In this document: one piece after another, positions 14,734 to 20,980 of the stretch
How positions within the stretch are numbered: the stretch's first letter is position 1
Layout: every line of letters starts with the position of its first letter
DNA from: Elusimicrobiota bacterium
GTDB taxonomy: Bacteria; Elusimicrobiota; Elusimicrobia; UBA1565; UBA9628
NCBI GenBank assembly: GCA_027319565.1
Contig: DAHVNA010000035.1
Span: forward strand, 1-20,980
Length of the DNA stretch: 20,980 bases
Direction: 5' to 3'
Translations under genes and position numbers: made by a program
Notes under the pieces: generated by a model
Told to the model about the DNA's origin: nothing
Seen by the model: the letters and a program-made list of their open reading frames with translations, nothing else
The model's database searches: none

Positions 14734-16725
14734 TTAAAAAAGATCGTAGGGATCGCTGTTAATTTTCAAGTAAACGCCCTTGGGCGTTTTCAAATTTCGC
14801 GCCGCGGACAAAGCCTCTTCCCAGCGCTCGAGGGGAGACTTAATCAAAAGATGTTCGCGGTGCAAGCCTCTTAAAATAGACAGCACGCAGGGAGAGGGGC
14901 CGACGCATTCATGCCCTGAAATTTTAAGGGCGTCTTTTAGTATTTGAGCGGCATCCGCGGCCGCCTGCCGGGCCATCCCTTTGTCCCCTGACTCCCAAAC
15001 AAGCCGAGTCAGAGAACAATAAGGCGGATAACGCAACTCCTTGCGCGCTTTTAATTCTTCCTCGGCAAAACGCGTGTAATCTCCGGAAATAGTCTGAGAG
15101 ACCGCGGGGTGAGCGGGGGAAAGAGTCTGCAAAATGACTTCTCCCGGCTTATCGGCGCGCCCAGAACGCCCCGCCACCTGGGCTAAAAGCTGCATCGCCC
15201 GTTCTGAAGCTCTGAAATCCGGCATCGACAACATCAGATCCGAATCGACAACGCCGACCAAGGTCACATTGGGGAAGTGAAAACTTTTGGCGATAAGTTT
15301 AGTGCCGACTAAAATATCGGCTTCTTGGCTTAAAAATTTCTCATATATTTTTTTCTCTTCATGATTGTCTTCGCTCAAGGAATCGCGGTCCAAGCGCAGG
15401 ACTTTTGCCATCGGCAAAACCGATTTAAGTTCGCTGACAATTTTTTGGGTCCCCGCTCCAATAGCTTTTAAAACGGCATGGCCGCATTTTTCGCAGCGCT
15501 GGGGCAACGGCGTTTTCGCGTCGCAATGATGGCATTGAAGAAACAACTTCCCCTCGGAGCTTTCGTGCGCGATCTTGGCGACTCCGCAGGAAGGGCAACG
15601 CGCGGCCCAACCGCAGCGGGAGCATAAAATCAGGGTTGAAAAGCCCCTTCGGTTGACCAGCAAAATAACCTGTTCTTTTCGAAACAGCCGCTCTTGAATT
15701 TTCGCCACAAGCGTATTGGAAATGGTTTTTCCCTGAGCGGGGGGAAGAACCGTCACGACCGAGGGACGCGCGATCAAGGAAACGCGCCGCGACATCTCGA
15801 TGAGTTCAATGTCTCCTTTTTCGGCCTGACTCCAAGATTCCAAAGACGGCGTCGCTGATCCTAAAACCAAAAGAGACTGATGGGCTTTAGCCCTCAAAAA
15901 GGCCACATCCCGGGCATGATAATAAGGAATTTGTCCCTCTTGCTTAAAAGACTCATCTTGCTCCTCATCAATGACAATCAGCTTTAAATTTTTAAACGGC
16001 AAAAGAGAAGCTGAACGCGCGCCCACCACAAGACGCGGCTCGCCTTGCCTCAGTCCCATCCACGCTTCTTTGCGCTTACCGACAGGAACCTGGCTGTGCC
16101 AAAGATCCACCGGAAAATCAAACAGGCTTGAAAATTCTTTAAAGAAAGGTCCGGCCAAGGATATTTCTGGAACCAAAAACAAAGCCTGCGCGCCGGAATT
16201 CACGGTCTGAAGAATCAGCCGCCGATAAACCTCGGTTTTTCCGGAAGCGGGAACCCCGTAAATCAAAGCGGCATGAAATTGATTTAAACTAAGCCTATCG
16301 GCGAGTTTGGAAGAAGCCGCCGCTTGATCCGGAGTCAAAACGAACTCCGGATGATTTTCTTTTTTCTGTTCGGAAAGGACCGCTTTCTTTTTCTTGCGCG
16401 AATTTAAAGACGGAAATTTAATAAAACTGGGCAAAACCGATTTGAGACACTCGCCCAAAGGCGCCCCATAACGCTTAGACATCCACAAGGCGCAATTAAA
16501 GCCTTCTAAATCCAACAAGGGCTCGGGATCGAGAATTTCATCGATGGGTTTTAACGGTCTGGCGGGCTCGCCCTCAAAGACTGAAACGACAAAACCGGTG
16601 AGTTTCCGAGATCCAAACGGAGCCTTGACTCTCATTCCGGGCTTGAGAGAAGAAATATCGTCTCCAATCAGGTAATGAAAGGTACGGTCCAAGGGAATGG
16701 GAAAAGCGACTTCAAGAATGCGCAT
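14734..16725 (-). CDS. priA: Primosomal protein N' (replication restart helicase)
   Basis: N-terminal 3'-binding domain (VKAPFG), SGKTEVY, LVPEI, VGARSA, LGSATPSLES, NRRG, four CxxC pairs, ILVGT, PDFRASER and QVAGRSGR. Confidence 0.96.
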   Translation of the reverse strand: MRILEVAFPIPLDRTFHYLIGDDISSLKPGMRVKAPFGSRKLTGFVVSVFEGEPARPLKPIDEILDPEPLLDLEGFNCALWMSKRYGAPLGECLKSVLPSFIKFPSLNSRKKKKAVLSEQKKENHPEFVLTPDQAAASSKLADRLSLNQFHAALIYGVPASGKTEVYRRLILQTVNSGAQALFLVPEISLAGPFFKEFSSLFDFPVDLWHSQVPVGKRKEAWMGLRQGEPRLVVGARSASLLPFKNLKLIVIDEEQDESFKQEGQIPYYHARDVAFLRAKAHQSLLVLGSATPSLESWSQAEKGDIELIEMSRRVSLIARPSVVTVLPPAQGKTISNTLVAKIQERLFRKEQVILLVNRRGFSTLILCSRCGWAARCPSCGVAKIAHESSEGKLFLQCHHCDAKTPLPQRCEKCGHAVLKAIGAGTQKIVSELKSVLPMAKVLRLDRDSLSEDNHEEKKIYEKFLSQEADILVGTKLIAKSFHFPNVTLVGVVDSDLMLSMPDFRASERAMQLLAQVAGRSGRADKPGEVILQTLSPAHPAVSQTISGDYTRFAEEELKARKELRYPPYCSLTRLVWESGDKGMARQAAADAAQILKDALKISGHECVGPSPCVLSILRGLHREHLLIKSPLERWEEALSAARNLKTPKGVYLKINSDPYDLF

Positions 16726-16755
16726 GGCCCTCTAAAACAACGACTCTTCGACTTT

Positions 16756-17418
16756 CTATTTAAAAGCGGTAAACACGAAATGAGGGGGAATGTTTCGGAT
16801 TTCAAATTGGATCTTTACTTCCCGAAAATGATTCTTGAGAATCGGAATCAGATGCGTGGTCACTTGATAGGCGACAAAACGGCCGCCGGGTTTTAGGAGG
16901 TCGGATGTTTTCGATAACAACTCGGCTCTCCCTTCGGCGCTTAGAAAGGCAAACGGAATTCCGGAGACGATGACATCAATCTCTCCCGCAGGAAAACCAT
17001 GCGCTTTTGCGATCGAATCGATCTGGCGGACATCGCCGTGATAAAGACTCATCCTGTGGTCGGATTCAAGAGTCTTTAATTTCTGATAAAAGCACTCGTT
17101 GAGCTCAACAGACAGAATTTTTCCGTCTTTAGGCATCTCTTCCAAGATTTTTCGCGTCATCACTCCTTCCGCTGCCCCATACTCGATGATTTTTGTCGCA
17201 TGCTTAATGTTCATGGCCCGCAGGGTTCTAGAAACTAAATAGCGGCTACTGGGCATGACCGCCGCGACACCCTTGTCATCGGCAAAAGTCTTAAGATATG
17301 AAAAAATCTTGGCGTCTGATTTTATCGTGTTTTGAAAAACATTCCCGATCTTTTTAAAGCCATTTTTAATTCCTGCCCCAAGCCCCGCTTTTGTCTTTGC
17401 TGATTGTTTTCTTTCCAT
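16756..17418 (-). CDS. SAM-dependent methyltransferase, phospholipid N-methyltransferase (PmtA)-like
   Basis: AAVMPSSRYL, IIEYGAAEGVMT, VIVSGIPF, LKPGGRFVAYQ and RNIPP. ATG 17418 chosen because AAGGAG lies upstream; the exact start is uncertain. Confidence 0.75.
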   Translation of the reverse strand: MERKQSAKTKAGLGAGIKNGFKKIGNVFQNTIKSDAKIFSYLKTFADDKGVAAVMPSSRYLVSRTLRAMNIKHATKIIEYGAAEGVMTRKILEEMPKDGKILSVELNECFYQKLKTLESDHRMSLYHGDVRQIDSIAKAHGFPAGEIDVIVSGIPFAFLSAEGRAELLSKTSDLLKPGGRFVAYQVTTHLIPILKNHFREVKIQFEIRNIPPHFVFTAFK

Positions 17419-17425
17419 AAGAACT

Positions 17426-18127
17426 CTAGACTCCTTTTTCAAGTTTAGATCTAAGATCTTTCATATCCATCCATACGAGTTTCTTAAGATCAGGATTACG
17501 TAAAAGGGCAGCGGGGTGAAAAGTGGGGAGAAGATCCACGGAACGCCCCGAAGCGGTTTTATACTCGCGCCAAATGCCGCGCACTTTGGAAATAGGCTCT
17601 TCATTATGCAGCATCGCCTTGGTTGAAACGCTTCCCAAGGTCACGATAAATCGCGGCGCGATTAAATCAATTTGTTCATCGAGATACGGCCGGCAAGCGC
17701 TCATTTCCTCTTCATTGGGCGCTCGATCATTAGAGCGAGCGTCGGGAGTCTCAGGATTTTTCATCGGATGGCATTTGACGGTATTGGCGATATAAATCGT
17801 CTGGCGAGACAAACCGATGGACTCAAGTATTTTATCCAGCAGTTGTCCCGCCCTTCCCACGAACGGCTCGCCTTTTCTGTCCTCGGAATAGCCCGGGCCT
17901 TCTCCGATAAACATCACCTTCGCGCGCGGATTGCCGACGCCGAAAACGGCTTTAATGCGAGTTTTTCCAAGAGGACATTTTTGGCAGGATTCAACTTCCA
18001 ATTTTAATTCTTCAAGGGTCTTCTCGCGCTTGTTCTGTCTCTGGCGCCAATCTAACTCATCCGACAGAGAAACCCGGCGCTTTAATTGTGCCGTCAAGGC
18101 ATGGAGTTCAGAGCGAGCGTCTTTCAT
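17426..18127 (-). CDS. udg: Uracil-DNA glycosylase, family 4 (4Fe-4S)
   Basis: CQKCPL, FIGEGPG..EDRKGEPFVGRAG, NTVKCHP, ACRPYL and FHPAALL. Confidence 0.95.
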   Translation of the reverse strand: MKDARSELHALTAQLKRRVSLSDELDWRQRQNKREKTLEELKLEVESCQKCPLGKTRIKAVFGVGNPRAKVMFIGEGPGYSEDRKGEPFVGRAGQLLDKILESIGLSRQTIYIANTVKCHPMKNPETPDARSNDRAPNEEEMSACRPYLDEQIDLIAPRFIVTLGSVSTKAMLHNEEPISKVRGIWREYKTASGRSVDLLPTFHPAALLRNPDLKKLVWMDMKDLRSKLEKGV

Positions 18128-18786
18128 AGAAAAGCCTCCGCTTCTTTAAAAATCGCCCGCGCGCAAAGTCTCTTGGGCAAAAGGGTCAATTTTCTCTTAA
18201 CTCCATTTTTCAACAGCAAGGTCGCCCGAATATTTTCCGAAGACAAGGAAGCGGGAGAATTGGCGACGATCATGTCCAAATTTTTTCCCCGCATTTTTTT
18301 CAAAGCCGATGACTCCGGATCTTTTGTTTCCAGCGCAAAACCAATCAAAGCCGGAAATTTCAGGGCTTTCGCTTCCTTTCTTTTCTTGATTTCTCCGACT
18401 TCGCCGATAATATCCGGATTCGGAATAAGCGAAAGCTCAACCGCTCCGGTTTTTTTCTTAATTTTTTCGGCGGAAAAGACTTTAGCCCGCCAATCGGTCA
18501 CGGCCGCGGCAGATATAATTAAATCGGCGTTTTCGGCCGTTTTCAAAACTTGACGTCTCATCTCAAGCGCGGTTTCAACCCATCTGACCGCGACACCTTT
18601 AGGCGGAAGAGTCGAGACCGGTCCGCTAATGACAGTGACTTTCGCTCCCAAACGCCGCGCCTCGCTAGCCAAAGCCCAACCCATTTTTCCGCTTGAAGAA
18701 TTGCTCAAAAAACGCACGGGATCGAGAAATTCCCGCGTCGGGCCCGAGGTGATGAGAACGCGCAAACCGCGCCAAGAAAAACCCAT
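18124..18786 (-). CDS. coaB: Phosphopantothenate--cysteine ligase (stand-alone CoaB)
   Basis: ITSGPTREFLDPVRFLSNSSSGKMG, AAAVTD, KIKK, NPDI, GFALET and DMIVAN. Confidence 0.95.
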   Translation of the reverse strand: MGFSWRGLRVLITSGPTREFLDPVRFLSNSSSGKMGWALASEARRLGAKVTVISGPVSTLPPKGVAVRWVETALEMRRQVLKTAENADLIISAAAVTDWRAKVFSAEKIKKKTGAVELSLIPNPDIIGEVGEIKKRKEAKALKFPALIGFALETKDPESSALKKMRGKNLDMIVANSPASLSSENIRATLLLKNGVKRKLTLLPKRLCARAIFKEAEAFL

Positions 18787-19355
18787 TACGGCAATTCCCT
18801 CATCCGCGTTTTTTTAGAAATAGACAAGTTTTTTACACGTTCGACAATCGTCTGGGGAGAAACCATCCGACCAATCCCAATTTTCCCGCTTGCCAGTTCT
18901 CCCGATTCCGGCCCCCAAAGCTCATAACCAAATTGGCGAATTGTCTCGACATTCCTTTGAGTCGCCGGATGTTCCCACATTCTGCCATCCATCGCGGGGC
19001 AAACGATAATCTTGCCTCTAAAAGCGAGCGCCAAGGAGGCGAGCAGATTGTCGCTGAGTCCCGCCGCCAATTTGGCGATAAAGTTGGCGGTCGCCGGAGC
19101 GATCAGCAAAATGGGCGCCCAATCCGCCAAGGACAAATGCGCCATTTCCCACAAGCGAGGATCACTTTCATTTTCAATAGGCGGATAATGAGAAAGGGCG
19201 GCCAAGGTCAAGGGCGTGGTGAAATCCTTGGCCCGCGGAGTTAATACGCAACGCGTTTCAAAACCGGCCTTGACTAAGCCGCGAACGATTTCCGGAGCTT
19301 TATAAGCCGCAATCGACCCCGTCACGCCCAAGACGATTCGGCGCAGGCGCGGCAT
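18786..19355 (-). CDS. coaC: Phosphopantothenoylcysteine decarboxylase (stand-alone CoaC flavoprotein)
   Basis: LGVTGSIAAYK, MAHLSLA, IAPATANFIAK, PAMDGRMW and GELASGKIGIGRM. Start reassigned to ATG 19355. TAATG overlap with coaB. Confidence 0.93.
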   Translation of the reverse strand: MPRLRRIVLGVTGSIAAYKAPEIVRGLVKAGFETRCVLTPRAKDFTTPLTLAALSHYPPIENESDPRLWEMAHLSLADWAPILLIAPATANFIAKLAAGLSDNLLASLALAFRGKIIVCPAMDGRMWEHPATQRNVETIRQFGYELWGPESGELASGKIGIGRMVSPQTIVERVKNLSISKKTRMRELP

Positions 19356-19374
19356 AGTCGACTGATTCTCTAAC

Positions 19375-19680
19375 TTATTTAGATTTATCCGAGCCGTTAA
19401 GGAGGGCATCAGGTGACTCTGCCGACTCTTGGACGCTCGCCTTACGAACGTCTTTTAAAGTAATTTTCCCGCTCAAAACATCTCGGATCGCCATCTCAAG
19501 AATTTCATTGGGAGTCATATGGCGGTTTTCTTCTTTGCGCCGGATAATCTGCGCCCATTCCGCCGCCAGGGGAATGGCTTCATATTTGCTTTTGGGATAA
19601 TCCAAGATAAAAAACTCAAGGGGTTTATCAGCGCTCTCTGGCCCCTTTGCGGCCTGACCACCCACCTTATCTTTTTCCAT
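19375..19680 (-). CDS. rpoZ: Probable RNA polymerase omega subunit (divergent)
   Basis: Sits in the canonical gmk-rpoZ-coaBC position. SKYEAIPLAAEWA and ILEMAIRDVLSGKI resemble the omega motifs (S/N)RY.LV..AA.RA and AL.EI..GKI. GGAGG RBS favours ATG 19680 over GTG 19689. Confidence 0.65.
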   Translation of the reverse strand: MEKDKVGGQAAKGPESADKPLEFFILDYPKSKYEAIPLAAEWAQIIRRKEENRHMTPNEILEMAIRDVLSGKITLKDVRKASVQESAESPDALLNGSDKSK

Positions 19681-19706
19681 TTGAGACACGCCTCCTCTTA
19701 TTTAAT

Positions 19707-20306
19707 TTAAGTGTAAGCTGGCAAAAGTTTCGACAAATCTTGGCGGGAAACTTTCAGTTTCTCGGCCGTGATAATCGAATCTATCTGCGAAACGGCTTTT
19801 TCCAAATCATCATTGACGACCACATAGTCATAATTTTTCGCCGCTAGAATCTCATCTCTGGAGTCGGCCAAACGTTTTATTCTATCCGCTTCAGCGTCTT
19901 TTCTTTTTTCAAGTCGAATTTTCAGAGACTCAATGGAGGGGGGGGCCAAGAAAATTAAAACCGCATCAGGCATTTTCTTTTTGATGGACGCCGCTCCCTG
20001 AACATCAATGGCCAAAAGCGGATAAATTCCCTTTTCCAGCAAATCTTCAATGACCTGCCTTGAGGTTCCGTAATATTCTCCGTGAACCGTCGCCCATTCC
20101 AAAAACTCTTGGGCTTGGATTTTGGCCTTAAATTCATCAACGGTTAAAAAATAATAATCTTTCCCCGATTTTTCTCCGGGGCGCGGCAAGCGAGTGGTTG
20201 AGGAAATGGACTGAAAGACATCCGTGCGCTTTTTCACCAATTGTCGGCAAATAGTCGATTTGCCAGTTCCAGAAGGCGCGGACAATATGGTTAAAAAAGG
20301 CTTCAC
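19707..20306 (-). CDS. gmk: Guanylate kinase
   Basis: SAPSGTGKST, SSTTRLPRPGE..GKDYYF, FLEWATVHGEYYGT, IDVQGA, IFLAPPS and YDYVVVND. GTG start. Confidence 0.98.
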   Translation of the reverse strand: MKPFLTILSAPSGTGKSTICRQLVKKRTDVFQSISSTTRLPRPGEKSGKDYYFLTVDEFKAKIQAQEFLEWATVHGEYYGTSRQVIEDLLEKGIYPLLAIDVQGAASIKKKMPDAVLIFLAPPSIESLKIRLEKRKDAEADRIKRLADSRDEILAAKNYDYVVVNDDLEKAVSQIDSIITAEKLKVSRQDLSKLLPAYT

Positions 20307-20314
20307 AAGGCTTT

Positions 20315-20323
20315 ATTATATCA
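20315..20323 (-). promoter_or_regulatory. Extended -10 promoter for the gmk operon
   Basis: Minus strand TGA-TATAAT (TATAAT at 20320-20315), 8 nt upstream of the GTG. No convincing -35 and no SD. Confidence 0.65.
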
Positions 20324-20373
20324 AACAACCCCTCTGAAAAGTTTGTAAACTAACTCAGTAAAATCAAGAAAAA

Positions 20374-20980
20374 ATGAAAAAAAATCGCTTCCTTCCAAAT
20401 TTATCCTGGAGCGCTCTTCTCATTTTGAGCCTGCTGCCAATCTTGTTTTACTTTACCTATCTATTGGCCTATGGGGTCAACGTCCCATTCTGGGACGATT
20501 GGGAGATTGTTTCCCTGATGGGACATTTTTACGCGGGAAATCTTAAATTCGCTCAGCTTTGGGCCCAGCACAATGAAAACCGAATGATTGTTCCATATCT
20601 TATTTCCATGGCCCTCTATCGCCTAACGGCATTTAATGTCAAAGCCGCCATGTTTGCCGGAGGAACGTTCTTAACTCTCTCTTTTGCCTGTTTTACATAT
20701 ATTTTTTTTAAACGACACTCCTTGAGCTGGAAGTTTCTTCCCTTGGCCTATTTATTTTTTAACTTCGCCGACACTCAAAATATTCTCTGGGGCTTTCAAA
20801 TGGCCTGGCAACTCGTTTCCCTCTGTTTTTTCGCCAGCGTCGCGTGTCTTGAAGAATCAGGCGAGAATAAGACCGCTTTTGCCGCCGCTATTTTCTTTGC
20901 CGTCCTTGCCTCTTTTTCTTCTTTCCAAGGGCTTTTTGTCTGGCCCGCGGGGTTTGTTTATCTTTTGTTCAATCATTTTA
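20374..20980 (+). CDS. Polytopic membrane protein, probable GT-C-type glycosyltransferase (partial, runs off the window)
   Basis: Not in the ORF track. Manual translation is open to the window end: MKKNRFLPNLSWSALLILSLLPILFYFTYLLAYGVNVPFWDDWEIV...LWAQHNENRMIVP...QNILWGFQMAW...GLFVWP. One TM helix, then a loop with a WDD acidic motif, then many TM helices. Confidence 0.8.
   Translation, partial: MKKNRFLPNLSWSALLILSLLPILFYFTYLLAYGVNVPFWDDWEIVSLMGHFYAGNLKFAQLWAQHNENRMIVPYLISMALYRLTAFNVKAAMFAGGTFLTLSFACFTYIFFKRHSLSWKFLPLAYLFFNFADTQNILWGFQMAWQLVSLCFFASVACLEESGENKTAFAAAIFFAVLASFSSFQGLFVWPAGFVYLLFNHF

Noticed and set aside
14727..14760. T-box leader upstream of tyrS
   Set aside because: The gap from priA is 7 nt, leaving no room for a leader.
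19356..19409. 18-aa N-terminal extension of CoaC
   Set aside because: It overlaps the rpoZ-like gene. The flavoprotein fold starts right after Met 19355.

Overview
Bacterial chromosomal window from a diderm organism (it has lnt and a beta-barrel outer-membrane protein). An Elusimicrobiota-like origin is my impression only and cannot be shown from the sequence. About 19 kb is one co-directional minus-strand run: gmk, rpoZ-like, coaC, coaB, family-4 udg, PmtA-like methyltransferase, priA, tyrS, FecR-domain protein, acyl-CoA mutase large subunit, mltG, beta-barrel OMP, secA, lnt, HDAC-family deacylase, prfB, a REC-REC-CheC/CheX fusion and CheY. This run converges on a plus-strand CheB at the left end. 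At the right end it diverges from a truncated polytopic membrane protein that the ORF track missed. I found no rRNA, tRNA, CRISPR array, transposase or defence system. The region is mostly housekeeping. The main points of interest are: (1) a 36-nt in-frame palindromic direct repeat bracketing lnt; (2) a stand-alone mutase with isobutyryl-CoA mutase specificity residues and no B12-binding partner in view; (3) a dual-receiver phosphatase fusion in a chemosensory cluster with no kinase in view; (4) prfB without the +1 frameshift; (5) a nested REP-like element with a 9-bp direct repeat; (6) several apparently leaderless starts; (7) a split CoaC lacking the canonical catalytic Cys. None of these can be proven novel from the sequence alone.
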